A stretch of 64,000 bases of DNA from assembly GCF_020745735.1 (NCBI RefSeq), contig NC_083408.1, positions 84,784,484-84,848,483 of the forward strand. Reading direction: 5' to 3'. The notes under the pieces were generated by a model. The model was not told the DNA's origin, made no database searches, and was given only the letters and a program-made list of their open reading frames with translations. Below are positions 1-13,140 of the stretch, in pieces. A program made the translations under genes and the position numbers. Source of the stretch: Hemiscyllium ocellatum (taxonomy: Eukaryota). Position 1 is the stretch's first letter; each line of letters begins with the position of its first letter.

Positions 1-932
1 TTGCTTGTCATTTATATAAATGCTTTGAATGAGAATGTAGGAGGCATGGTTAATAAGTTTGTGGATGACATCAAAATTGGTGCTATAGTGGACAGAGAAG
101 AAGGTTATCTAAGATTACAAAGAGACCTTGATCAATTAGGTCAATGGGCTTAGGAGTGGCAGATGGAGTTTAATTTGGATAATTGTGAGGTATTGCATTT
201 TGGTAATACAAACAAGAGTAGAGTTTATACAATTAATGCTAGGACTTTGGGTAGAGTGTAGAACAGGGAGACCTAGGGGCTCAGATACATAATTTGGCAT
301 CATAGGTAGACAGAGTCATTAAGAATGCATTTAATGTGCATGTCTTCATTGCTCAGACCTTTGAGTATAGGAATTGGGACGTCATGTTGAGGTTGCACAG
401 GATTTCGATGAGGCCTCTTCCGGAGTACTGTGTGCAATTCTGGTCGCCTTGTTATAGGAAGGTTATTATTAAACTGCAGAAGGTTCAGAAATGATTTACT
501 AGCATATTGCTGGGAATGGAGGGTTTCAGTTATAAAAATAGACTGGATAGGCTGGTACTTTATTCACTGGAGCACAGGAGGTCAAGGGGTGACTTTATAA
601 AGGTTTATAAAATCCTGAGGGTCTGTTCCCTACGACTGGGGAGTTCAAAACGAAGGGGCATATTTTTTCAGGTGAGAGGAGAAAGTTTTAGAAGGACATG
701 AGGGGCAACTTTTTTTACACTGTGAGTGGTTAGCGTGTGGAATGAACTATGAGAGGAAGTGGTAAATGCTGGTACATTTACAAATTTTAAAATACATTTG
801 GATAATTACATAAATAGGAAAGGTCTGGAGAGATATGGGCCAAATACAGACAGGTGGGATTAGTTTAGTTTGGGGACATGGTCGATGTGGACTAGTTGAA
901 GCAAAGGGTCTGTTTCCGTGCTGTATGACTCT
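1..932 (+). mobile_element. CR1-type LINE, 3' part (degenerate RT and 3' UTR)
   Basis: KFVDDIKIG-like RT motif, LEYCVQFWSP-like and RLDRLVLYSLEHRRSRGD CR1 C-terminal motifs, short-repeat tail. Confidence 0.85.
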
Positions 933-1480
933 AGGGCTTATTGAGACATGCCCCCTGTGAAGTAGAAATGACAGGCAGAAGATCACCCATAACCTATCTT
1001 AATGAAATTTCCTGGCTTCTTTTCCAGGGAACAGAATCCTGATGGAGCCCCATTCTGCTCCATTATCCACCACTCACAGTTTCAGTGTGAATGGGCCAGT
1101 GCAGAATTCCAAGCTCCAAGTTCTATTAGTATTATAGCTGAATTCTGAGTTCCTTTGATAGAAGAAAGCTGAAACAATGCTGGTGCAAATGAGTGAACAT
1201 TTACTGACAATTTATAGAGATAAACTTTAGCAAGACATTATTAGAATATTCTTCCCTAATGTTCCAGCTACATGGGATCTGGCATCATCTGATGTCACTG
1301 ACAATAACTCTGGCTATTAGCATATTATAGTGCACAAATGTGTCCTAACACTGTAACAATATTCTCACACATACTTTCCAATTACAACTATTTTTCTGAA
1401 TTAATCTGTAAGAATTAAGTATGGCTGACTTCCTCTGTCGAATGTACTCTGTCAAACTCTGGCAAATTTATGTTCAACAG

Positions 1481-4400
1481 GAAAATGGGAGAAGCCATTT
1501 GATCCGGCGCAGACTCGAGAAGCATTATTTAAAGTGAACAAAACTACAGATGTAACTGTGCAAATGATGCGCCAAACCAATCGGTTCAGCATGATATCTG
1601 ACTACAATCTTTTCAGTAGCGTGATAAAACTTCCTTACCTTGGAAATGCATCCATGATCGCCATCTTGCCTGCAGATGGGAAACTAGAATATGTGGAGCA
1701 AAATCTTTCCCATGAAAAGTTTGATGAATGGGTCCAACAACTTGCTCACCACAAGTAATTAAAATTTCTTTTCAATCAATTTAAATATGTGAAGTATTTT
1801 TAATATTTCTACCAGTACCAATCCTTTTGCATAAAAAAAATGTTTGTTTGCTTTCTCCCATCGTTTCAATAATTTGTTGAGCAGGCAACAATGTGTCCTC
1901 CGATTTCCAAAAGTATCGCTGTCATTGTCATATGGGTTGAAAAATATCCTAGCGAAAATGGGTGTGAGAGATTTGTTTACATTTGCAGCCAACCTGTCTG
2001 GGATAAGCGAAAGTGAAAATCTAAAAGTTTCTCAGGTAAGTTCATTCTGGTGAAAACATTTTCTGTTATTCTGGCAAGTGCCCATTTGCAACAGATGTAT
2101 GTGTAAATTAATTAATATGGAATTAAGAACATGCCTATCAATATCAGCTGTTGTTATCTAAATGAAATCAAACTACTGAATGTATATGACAATTTTGGAA
2201 GGTCAGGTAGACAGGAAAAGGTGATAAGGTTGCTCTTATAATTAAGGATGACATTAGTACAATAATGAGAGATGACATTAGTTCAAAGGATCAAGATGTA
2301 GAATCAATTTAATAGAGATAAGAAATAGTAAAAGAAAGAAATTACTAGTGGTGGAAGTTTATTCCTCTTCCCCCCACTCCACCTTACAGAAGCTGCTCAA
2401 TGCAGCAGAGTATATGGGAAGAAGCAATGTAAGAAAGGTACCAAAATAATCATGGATGATTTAAATCAACATGTAGATTGCACAAATCAGATTGAAAAAG
2501 GATATCTTGGAAAAGCAAAATGAGTTCATATTTAGGCGAGTTTCTTAAAGCAACATGTTATTCTAGATCTGGTAATGTGTAATGTGATAGGAATATTTCA
2601 TGACCTTAAGTAAAGAAGCCTTTAGGTAACAGTGATCAAAACATGTGAATTTTGTATTCAGGTTGAGGATAAACAATGTGGGTCTAAGACCAATGTTTAA
2701 ACTTAAATAAAGGAAACAACAAGACTATGACGATTGAGCTGGCTAAAATGAACTGAAAATTAGAAACATAGAAACAGAGAAAATAGGTGCAGGAGTAGGC
2801 CATTCAGCCCCTTGAGCCTGCACCGCCATTCAATATGATCATAGCTGATCATGCAATTTCTGTTTTCTACTCCCACTTTCTCTCTATACCCCTTGATCCC
2901 TTTAGCCATAAGGGTCATGTCCAGCTCCCTCTTAAATATATCTAATGATATGGTCCCAACAGCTTTCTGTGATAGAATTCCACAGTTTATAACTTTCTGA
3001 GTGGAGACATTTTTCCTCATCTTTGTCCTGAATGGTTTACCCCTTATTTTAAACTGTGACCCCGAGTTCTGGACTTTCCCAACATTATGAACATTCTTCC
3101 CGCATCTAGCTGATCCAGTCCCATCAGGAATTTATATATTTCTATGAGATTACCCCCTCATTATTCTGGACTCCAGTGAGTACAAGCCCAGTCGATCCAG
3201 TCGGTCTTCATATGTCAGTCTGCTATCCTGGTTTCAGTCTGGTGAGCCTTCATTGGAATCTCTCAAAACCAAGAAAGTCCTTCCTCAGATTAGGAGACCA
3301 AAACTGTACACAATACTCAGGTGTAGCCTCAGTAAGGCCTGTATAACTCCAGGAAGTGATGACTACAGATGCTGGAGATCAGAGTCGAAGAGTGTGGTCC
3401 GAGAAAAGCACAGCCGGTCAGGCAGCATCCAAGGAGCAGGAGAGTCGATGTTTCAAACATAAGCTCTTCATCAGGCATGAAAAAGAGCTGACGAAGACCT
3501 TATGCTCAAAACGTCAACTCTCCTGCTCCTCAGATGCTGCCTGACCGGCTGTGCTTTTCCAACACCACATCCTTCAATCCTGTAGAACTGCAGTAAGGCA
3601 TCCCTACTCCTATAGTCAAATCCTCTTGCTATGAAGGTCAGCATGATATTAGCTTTCCTTATCACCTGCTGCACCTGCATGCCATCTTTCAGCGACTATT
3701 CCACTATGACCCAGATTTCATTGCATCTCACCCTTTCCAAAACTGCCATCATTCAGATTATAATCTGCCTTATTGTTTTTGCAACCAAAGCAGATAACCT
3801 CACATTGATCTATTACATATTGCATGCATTTTACCCATTCAGCCAGTCTGTCCAAGTCACTCTGTAGCAGTTTGACATCCTCTTCACAGCACACACTGTC
3901 ACCCAGTTTAGTGTCATCTGCACATTTGGAGATATAACATTCAATTCCTTTGTCCAATCATTGATGTATATTGTGAACAGCTGGGGTCCCAGCCTGATAA
4001 AGTAAAAGCAATCAGGCAGCAGCAAGGCTACTAGTGCATCATCACATTTTGTGGCTGTTTAGAGCATTAGTGAGATGCACTTGGAGTACTGTGTACAGAA
4101 CTAGTCACTGTACTTATGGAAGAATGTTAATGAAGTGGAAGCAGTTCAATGAAGGATTATTTGACTAATATCTGGAATGAGCAGACTGCTTTGTGAGGAA
4201 TGCCTAGACAGGCCAGAACTGTAACTTTGGTGTTTCGAAGAGTCACGGGTGACTTAAATGAAACGCTAGATGCTGAGGGTACTTGGCTGGGTGGATGTGG
4301 AAAGGATATTTCTTCTTATTGGAGAACTTAGCACTATTGTTAAATGTAAAGAAGTTGTCATTTAAGCCAGATAAGGAAAAGAATTCTCCCAAAGTGAGTC

Positions 4401-7400
4401 TGTAGAATTCTGGTTCTCAAAAAGCAGTAACTGCAGAATCTTTAAGTATTTTTGAGGTAGCAATAGATAGAGGTAAGTTGATTCTTTGTTACCAATGGGA
4501 TAAAAAATTATCAGGAATTTGAATGAATGTAGAGTTGAAATTAAGGTCAGAGCAGCCATGATCTCATTGAATAGCAGAACAGACTCCACGGATGGTGTGG
4601 CCTTCTTTTGTGCCTTGTTCATATTCTCTGTGGATGTGCTTTTACTTGGATTCTCAAAAGGTGTTTGATAAGGTGCCATATCAAAGATTACTACATGAAA
4701 TAAGATATCATATTGCAGCCAGGAAGATTAACATGGATAGGGGAATGGTTGGTGAACAAAAAGAAAGGAGTAGAAATGATTGTGTGTAATTTTCAGGTTA
4801 ACAAGCTGAATTTAGTGGAGGACATTAAAATTGGTGATGGAGCTTTGTGTATTTGCAATGACTTGAATATAGAGGTAGAATCCATAGCTGCTAAATTTTA
4901 AAGCTGACATTAAAGGTAGTAGAGTAAATTGTGAACATGACATGAGAAGTCTACAAAGGGATATAGGTCAGTTAAGTGAGTGGACATTTTTTTGAGCAGA
5001 TGGCTGTAATGTGGGAAAATGAGAACTTATTCACTTGAGAGGACAAATAAAAGATTAACCCAGTTTGTAAATGAAGAGAATACAGAATTTTGAAGTTCAG
5101 AGGGATTTGAATGTTCTAGTACAGAGACCATATGATGTTGTACTTTTATATGAACAAGTGATCTGGGAGACAAATGGAATGTTTCTGTTTATTGCCAGGG
5201 AATATAAAAGTATGGAGATACTTCAACAGTTTTAAAGGGCATTGTGGAAATCACTTCTGGAGTATTGTGTTGAGTTTTGGTTTTAAGTTTGATTTTTAAG
5301 AGATAATATAATTGTGCTGGAGGCATTTCAGAGAAGGCTCACTTTGCTGGTTCCTAGAATGCAGCAATAACCTTATGAGGAAGTTTAGAGAACGTGAGCT
5401 AGCCCTCTTGAAGCACAATGTTCTGAGGGGACTTTACAGAGTGGTACTGAAAGAATGCTTCTTCTAGAAAAGACTAGAATTAAAAGACACAGATTAAAAT
5501 TAAAGGATCTCCAACTTGGGACAAAGATAAGGAGATCTTTTTCTCTAAAGAACATGTTTGTCTGTGGAATTATCATCCCCAGAGAGTAGTGGAAGCAGGG
5601 ACATTGAATATTTTTATGGCTGAGTTAGATAAAGTCTTGATTGACAAGAGTGTCAAAGTTATAGTTGGGTAGATAGGAAAATAGAGTTGAGGTTATAGGC
5701 AAGTTGGCCATGATTTTATAAAATGGTTGAGCAGGCTTCAGGAGCCTAATGTCCAACTCCTGCTCCTGGTTCGTATGTGCAAACATTTGTAGTCTGAACA
5801 TTTTTCTGGTTGTTGATTCAATTAGATAACTTGATAAGTGTTCCCTGGAAACCAACAACATTACTAGCTGTCTGTTAAGGACAAGGGTACTCCCATTGAA
5901 ATTGGAAGCTTTCCATCAATTAAATGCACAAGTGGTAAGAAATCAAGAGAAACATAAAATTGACAACATAGATGGAGTTTACTCAAGACTCTCTTCCTCC
6001 CTTCTCTATTCCTGAGACTCTCTTCCTCCCTTCTCTATTCCTGAGATGCTGCCTGGCTTGCTGTGCTTTGACCAGCAACACATTTATCTCCAGCATCTGC
6101 AGACCTCATTTTTTACTCGAAGATTTTAACCTACTGCGAATCCTCTTACAAGGATGCCTTCCTTGAAGAAGCTCTCTTCCTCCCTTCTCTATTCCTGAGA
6201 TGCTGCCTGGCCTGCTGTGCTTTGACCAGCATCACATTTATCTCCAGCATCTGCAGACCTCACTTTTTACTTGAAGAAACCCAAAGCCTAATTCCACTTT
6301 CCAGTTCTTAGTTCATATTATTGCCTATCTTTTGACATTGCAACTGCCTTTTCAAACTTTGAAATGTGATTCGGATTTCTTTATCTATCACCTTATCAAA
6401 GCAGTAAGTCCCATACCCCAGCACACCCTGAGTGAAGAAAATTTTCCTCCATTCTTTGTAATCCTTCTGCCAATTACATTTTTTGTCTCTCCTTATTGAT
6501 AACTCTGCTAAAGGAATTTGGTCCTTTCTATCAACTCCATCTAGGCCTTCATAGTTTGATATATAGATTAAATTAGATTCCCTACAGTATGGAAACAGGC
6601 CATTTCGCCTAATGAGTCCATACCAACCCTCCGAAGAGTAACCTACCCAGACCCATTCTCCCTACCCTACGTTTACCCCAACTAATGCACCTAACACAAT
6701 GGGCAATTTAGCATGACCAATTCACCTGACCTGTACATCTTTGAATTGTGCGAGCAAACCGGAGCACCCAGAGGGAAATCCACACAGACAGTCACCGGAG
6801 GCGGGAATCAAACCTGGGCCTCTGGCTATGAAGCAGAAGTGCTAACCACTGAGCCACAACATTTAAATATCTTATTTAAATATTGCCTCAGCCTCCAGCA
6901 TTGCAAAGTTAAAACTCTCTATTCCTAAAAACATTATCTTAAACCTCACTTATATTCTGCCTTATGTGTTCTAGCTGGGAATCTTTCACGACCATAAGAC
7001 ATAAGAGTAGAGGACCCATTTGGTTATATTTCAATAAGATTTTCTTTCGTTCTTCTAAACCTGACCAAGTGCAAATCCTTCCTATTCAACCACTCCTCAA
7101 AGGAGGTCCTTGCATATCTGGATGTGATGAACCTTAGCTGGACTGTCTCCAATGCCTGTTTTATCTTTCCTTAAATAAGGGACCAGAACTGTTCACAGTA
7201 TTCCAGGTGTGATCTGACTCATGTCAAATATAGTTTTAGCAAGTTCTCCTGAAATGTACAAGAGTCTTAGTATACTTGACAGGGCAGATGCAGAAAGGTT
7301 GTTTTCTGATTTGAAGAGTCTAAGACTAGAGGACGTAATCACAGAATAATGTGTTGGCAATTTAAGGCAGAAATTAGGAGGATTTTTTTTCTCATTGTGG

Positions 7401-7960
7401 CTAGTGAATCTGGAATTCTTTATTTCATAGGTCTGTAGAGGTTGCATTGTTAAGTATATCCAAGACTGAGATAAGCAGATTTTTAAACAATAATGGAATC
7501 AGAGGTTATAGGAAAAAGACAGGAAAGTGGATTCGAGGTTTACCAGATTGGCCATGATCTTGTTGAATGGTGCAGCAGACTCGATGGGCTGAATGGCCTA
7601 CTTCTATTCCCATGAGTTATGGTGTGAAGATTTGAGATTGCAAGATGGGCTGAAAAGCTTTGTGGGTATAAGAAGCTGATTACCAATGATTTTTTAAAAC
7701 TTCTTTCAATGACAATTGTTGACAATACAATTGGAAATTGTAACCTGCTTTTTTTTATTTCGGTTCATAAGGTTTCTCATAAGGCAGTGCTGGATATTGA
7801 TGAGAAATCCACTGAGGCAGCTGGAGCTACTGGAGTAGGAATTATTCCAATGTCATTGCCACCCACACTGGCATTTAATCGACCATTCATTTTGATTATC
7901 TATGAGGAAAACACAAACAACATACTGTTTGTTGGAAGACTAAAAGATCCATCGAAGTAA
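1481..7960 (+). CDS. Alpha-1-antitrypsin-like serpin (clade A / group V2), last three coding exons; 5' exons lie upstream of the window. Exons: 1481-1754, 1885-2035, 7772-7960
   Basis: AG/GT-bounded exons translate to KWEKPFDPAQTREALFKVNKTTDVTVQMM...KLPYLGNASMIAILP; QQCVLRFPKVSLSLSYGLKNILAKMGVRDLFTFAANLSGISESENLKVSQ; VSHKAVLDIDEKSTEAAGATGVGIIPMSLPPTLAFNRPFILIIYEENTNNILFVGRLKDPSK*. Serpin signature FNRPF is present, P1-P1' is Met-Ser as in SERPINA1, and intron phases 1,2,0 match the A1AT-group structure. Confidence 0.93.
2762..3995 (-). mobile_element. CR1-type LINE 3' fragment, interrupted by a Penelope-like insertion
   Basis: ISKCADDTKLG RT motif in ORF 3718-3957; tail repeats gtttctat near 2762. 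Confidence 0.85.
3357..3578. mobile_element. Penelope-like (family A) inverted terminal fragment with two decayed hammerhead motifs, inserted in a CR1
   Basis: Inverted arms gctggagatc...gaaaagcacagccggtcaggcagcatc / gatgctgcctgaccggctgtgcttttcc; imperfect flanking duplication at 3338-3356 and 3579-3597. Confidence 0.7.
4060..5780 (+). mobile_element. Two old CR1 fragments in the last serpin intron
   Basis: YLDSQKVFDKVPYQRLL motif and decayed CR1 3' ends near 4625 and 5775. Confidence 0.75.
5988..6272 (+). mobile_element. Tandemly rearranged Penelope-like family A terminal fragments
   Basis: ctctcttcctcccttctctattcctgaga occurs three times, two of them followed by tgctgcctggc...ccagcatctgcagacctca, the same terminus as other family A copies. 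Confidence 0.65.
6567..6857 (-). mobile_element. HE1-like tRNA-derived V-SINE
   Basis: Minus strand starts gtggctcagtggttagcact (A box), has a ggtttgattccc B box and a CR1-like tail ending gggaatctaat. Confidence 0.8.
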
Positions 7961-8194
7961 CCTTGCTCAGGAAACTCATTTGCATAGCAAAGAAATTTGG
8001 GCACACTTTAATTCTAGGGCTTGAAATGAAAGACATGTGTAATCAATCCAGTATTATTATGCATTGGCAATTATTTTGATTCTTTTTCAGCATTAATACA
8101 TGCAGATCCATCAGCGTTCACAAAGTGAATATATGGGTTAACATCTTCATCACAGAAAACTGAAAGTTAAACAAGCATTTTACTATAGTTGGGA

Positions 8195-8533
8195 TTTGGT
8201 GGTTTAATGATAATGTTACTGGACTAATAGCTCAGAGGCCCAGGTTAACACTATGGCCACATGGGTTTAAATCTCAGCACAGCACCTGGTGAAATTTAAA
8301 CTCAATCATTACAATCTGAATGTGAAGCTAGTCTCGTAAGGTTAACCAAGAACCTATCATTTATTTCTTGTAAGATGCATCTGGTTCACTTATGCCTTTT
8401 CCTTACTCAATCTAGGCTATTTGTCAATTCAGATCCCAGCAAATCATTCAATTCAAGGGCATTTGTGGATGGGAATAAATGCAATCCTTTCCAGTCATGT
8501 GCACATCCCATGCAAGAATAAATAAATTAAAAA
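8195..8533 (+). mobile_element. Old Deu-domain SINE (SacSINE1-like) downstream of the serpin stop codon
   Basis: tRNA-like head, catctggttcact...ccttac...ggcta core and gggcatttgtggatgggaataaatgc...cacatcccatg tail; a related fragment sits at about 12110-12330. Confidence 0.6.
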
Positions 8534-10377
8534 AGAGTGAACAATTGGTACTCCAATCACACATTTAACAGGCAAACTGCTTAATAGAGATGCAGAAAAC
8601 TCTGCAAAAAATAAAGATCTCAGGAACATTTGAAGGATCCATTAGTTTGTTGAACCTGTTGGCACTGTGTACCATCTAGACATCAACATGCCTTTCTCTC
8701 TTGTCATATGCCATAGTACAAACCACTGACTGCTTGAGGATAGGGTAAAGAGCTGTCAAAAATCCTCCTTTCTGTGTTGAATCAAATGGCCTATCTGATG
8801 AGCAGTGGAAGACGATAAATCACTATTGAGTCTTAATGAGAAGAGACACTTATCTGACAACAAGATCTAATTTATTGCATGATAACAATAAGTACAAGTT
8901 GCTGCATCAGAAGCCAGATATGGCATGTCTATCTCCATTAGGTCCATGATACATCATAAGGTCAATACACACAAAGAAAATCCTCCTAAACTTCTTTCTC
9001 AACACAGAAAGGACCAAACATGGAAGATGCAAGAATATTGGAGAAATGGAAAGGAAATAATAAATAAACAAGGAGATGTTGGTGGTGGTGATGATGGTGA
9101 TGGGGGGTGGTGTAGGGGGAGAGGGGGAATGAAATGGTACCAGCAGAACATGCTGGAAATGTTCAGCCATTTACTAGGATTAAAAGAATGAAAATAGACC
9201 AACGTAAATCATTGAACTCTATCATGGCCAAATGTCTACACTCAAAAGAATAAGTCACCACTCTCTCCCCAAATGCCAAGGGACTCACAATTCTAACATG
9301 CTATGCTGTAAAGTGATGAATAAAAATGGTATGATTTGTAAATTTAATTTTAACACTGTTGGAATCCAAAAAGTTCTGGAGAATGATAATAGACTGTACC
9401 CTTGCAGTTTCTTATTCTTTCCCTTTACCCCTTTTCTGCAATATTGATTACCAAAAGTTAGGCAACGCAAACTAAATGGTTAATTATTGAGGCATAAAAA
9501 TCTGTTAATTTTACCGTAAAACATATTGCAAACACGTATTTCTTCAAGATCACCCACAACAAAATAATTTGATTTTATTGTGAAATTTTATGCTTTGGTA
9601 CAATTGTTGATGCTCAGGAGAAAGACACATTATGATTTTTGACTGAATTAAGCAGTAATCTAATGTTTCAACATGTGTCAGCCACCAAAAATGTTTAATT
9701 TGTGTTCAATAAATGAAATGATCTTCATTCACACTGCCTTCCAACTATTTGGATAAATGACATACCATTTCTGTCATGTACTGAGTGTTCCAGCTGCACA
9801 AAATTATTAAAATGAATAAACATGAAGAGATATAGCGTCTATCAGGACCTTGGGATATTGTTGAGCACTTTACAGATAATTAGTACATTTAAAATACATA
9901 ATTACTGTTGTAATGCAGGAAACATAACTGACAGTTTGACTCTGCACAACAAAGGCCTCACACGTTTTTCCAATCTTCTTGAGGTGACAGTAGTGGAAAG
10001 AAAGTTCTATTTTTCTGGGGTCTCATCAAATTACTATCTAGTTACAAAAGAACTCAGGAGTCATGCAGCACCGAAATAGACCCTTTGGTCCAACTTGTCC
10101 GCACTGACCAGATGTCCCAAACTGATCTGTTCCCATTTGGTCCATATCCCTCTAAATCCTTTCTATTCATATACCCAGCCAGTTGTGTTTAAATGTTGTA
10201 ATTTTACCTGCCTCCACCACATTCTCTGGCAGTCCTCTCAGGTCCTTTTTAAATCTTTCCCCTCTCACCTTAAATCAGTGCCCTCTAGTTTCGGACTCCT
10301 TGGGGAAAAAAATCTTGGTTATTCAAACTAATCATGCCACTCATGGTTTTGAATAAATGAATTCAAAACCATTTGAA

Positions 10378-11875
10378 TTTGCTGCCCCCAATGCGCACTG
10401 GGTCGCTTCCTCCTAACTCTGCACTGGGCTGCTGCCCCCTGACTCTGCACTGGGCTGCTACCCCCTGACTCCGCACTGGGCCCTGCCCCCTGACTCTGCA
10501 CTGGGCTGCTGCCCCCTGACTCCGCACTGGGCCCTGCCCCCTGACTCTGCACTGGCTGCTGCCCCCTGACTCCGCACTGGACCCTGCCCCATGACTCTGC
10601 ACTGGGCTGCTGCCCCCTGACTCCGCACTGGGCCCTGCCCCCTGACTCTGCACTGGGCTGCTGCCCCCTGACTCCACACTGGACCCTGCCCCCCGACTCT
10701 GCACTGGGCTGCTGCCCCCCGACTCCACACTGGGCCCTGCCCCCTGACTCCGCACTGGACCCTGCCCCCTGACTCTGAACTGGGCTGCTGCCCCCTGACT
10801 CCACACTGGACCCTGCCCCCTAACTCTGCACTGGGCTGCTGCCCCCCGACTCCACACTGGGCCCTGCCCCCTGACTCTGCACTGGGCTGCTGACCCCTGA
10901 CACCGCACTGGGCTGCTGCCCCCTGACACCGCACTGGGCTGCTGCCCCCTGACTCTGCACTGGGATGCTGCCCCCTGACTCCACACTGGACCCTGCCCCC
11001 TGACTCCGCACTGGGCTGCTGCCCCCTGACTCCGCACTGGACCCTGCCCCCTGACTCCGCACTGGACCCTGCCCCCCGACTCTGCACTGGGCTGATGACC
11101 CCTGACACCGCACTGGGCTGCTGACCCCTGACACCGCACTGGGCTGCTGCCCCCTGACTCCGCACTGGGCTGCTGACTCCTGACACCGCACTGGGCTGCT
11201 GACCCCTGACACCGCACTGGGCTGCTGCCCCCTGACTCCGCACTGGGCTGCTGCATCTCCCACTCCACACTGGACCGCTGTCCCCACTCCACACTGGGCC
11301 ACTACCCCACTCTGCACTGGGCCGTTGCCCCCAGACTCAGCACTTAGGCTGCTGGCCCAGACTCCACAATGGATTGCTGCCTCCAGACTCCGCACTGGGC
11401 TGCTGCCCCCAGACTCCACACTGGACCGCTGCCCTCAGACTCTGCACTGGGCTGCTGCCCCCACTCTGCATTGGGCTGCTGTACTCAGACTCCGCACTGG
11501 ACCGCTGCCCCCTGACTCCACATTGGGCCTCTGCCCCCTGACTCCGCACTGGGCTGCTGCCCTCAGACTCTGCACTCAGCTGCTGCTCCCAGACTCTACA
11601 CTGGACCCCTGTCCTCAGACTTTGCACTGGGCTGCTGCCCCCTGAGTCCGCACTGGGCCTCTGCCCCCTGACTCCACACTGGATCGCTGCCCTCAGACTC
11701 TGCACTGGGCTGCTGCCCCCACTCTGCATTGGGCTGCTGCCTCCTCCCTGCACTGGACCGCTGCCCCCAGTCCACACTGAGCCACTGCCTCCACTATGCA
11801 CAGGGCCATTGCCTCCAGTCCACACTGGACTGCAGTCATCACCCTCTGCACTGGGCCGTTGCTCCCAGTCTTGCT
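10378..11875. repeat. GC-rich minisatellite with 25-26 nt units (TGACTCTGCACTGGGCTGCTGCCCCC / TGACTCCGCACTGGGCCCTGCCCCC)
   Basis: Tandem array visible directly; it accounts for the repetitive long ORFs at 10328-11825. Confidence 0.97.
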
Positions 11876-13140
11876 AAACTGCTATAAAGTTTCATATCTC
11901 CTCTGGCTTATGTATTACCACGTTGACTGTGGTTCAATATTGTTTTGTCTCTGTTAATTGTTGTTCTGTGTTATTTATAAGTACTAAACACCAAATCTAC
12001 AAAATTTTTAGCCTATGTTATCTTCACCTGTACCTATTATGACAAGATTTCTGGAGAATGGATGATCTCAATATTTTTCTGACTATCTAACAAAATGTGA
12101 TGGATTTGAATTACACCACAGCAGATGGTGGAATGCTAATTCAATAATCTGAATTACAAGTCTAATGATGACCATGGAACCATTGTTGATGTTAGAAAAA
12201 CTCATCTAGTTCACTAAGGTTGTTTTGGGAAGGAAATTGCTATTCTTACATGATCTGGCCCACATATGAGCCAGACCCACAGCAAAATGGTTGACTGTTT
12301 AATGCCCTTTGAAATGCAGTTGTAATAAAATCATTAAAATATCTCAAAAAAGGAATCAAACCAGACTGACCACTCAGAGTGGTGGGGGTGTGGAATGCAA
12401 TGCCAGCAGTGGTATTACAATCAGATACATTAGGGACATTTAAGCGACTCTTGGATAGGAACATTTAAGGGTATGTAGGTTAGAGTAGGGTCTTAGAGTA
12501 GTGTAAAACGCCAGCACAGTGTTGAGAGCCAAAAGGCCTGTACTGTGCTGTACAGTTCTACGTTCAATGTAACAGCCTGACACAATCACACTCCCAGAAT
12601 CGTATGTAAGGACAATTCTCCAGACACCATCGTTGACAGCCCCAAACATGTCCTGTTCTATCAGCAGGACAGACCTGGTAGAGGTGGCACAGTGATATAC
12701 ATTCAGGATGAAATTGCCTTGGGAGTCCTCAACAAAGGCTCCCAACCCCCTTGAGGTCTCAGGCACCAGGTCAAACATGGGCTGAATTATCACGTACTAC
12801 TTCCTCCTCCTCGAGTTGATGAATAAGTGTTCCTCCATCTTTAACACCACTTGGAGGATGCTCTGAAGGTGGCAATGGTGCAGAACGTATTTAAGGTTGG
12901 GAATGTCTACCACAAACACTGGCTTGGCAGTAGAACCACTTCTCAAACTGGTTGCGTTACAAAGAACATAACTGCCAGGCAGGTAGTGAGGGAGCCAAGA
13001 AGGAAAATGTATTTGACCTTACCTTCACCAATCTGCTGGCTGCAGATGCACCTACCCACAATACAATTGGTAAGAGTAACCATCACAAAGTCCTTGTGGA
13101 GATGAAATCCTGCCTTCACATTGAGAATATCCTTCATTTG

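Noticed and set aside
7761-7790. Repeated CATAAGG giving a second in-frame acceptor 12 nt downstream in the serpin last exon
   Set aside because: Using it would delete the conserved V-x-H-K of strand 5A; no evidence of use.
10328-11825. Long repetitive ORFs (up to 309 aa) in several frames
   Set aside because: They are by-products of a stop-poor minisatellite; open in all frames, with no splice or domain evidence.
10378-11875. Repeat array superficially like a CRISPR
   Set aside because: Units are contiguous with no unique spacers, there are no cas genes, and the context is eukaryotic.
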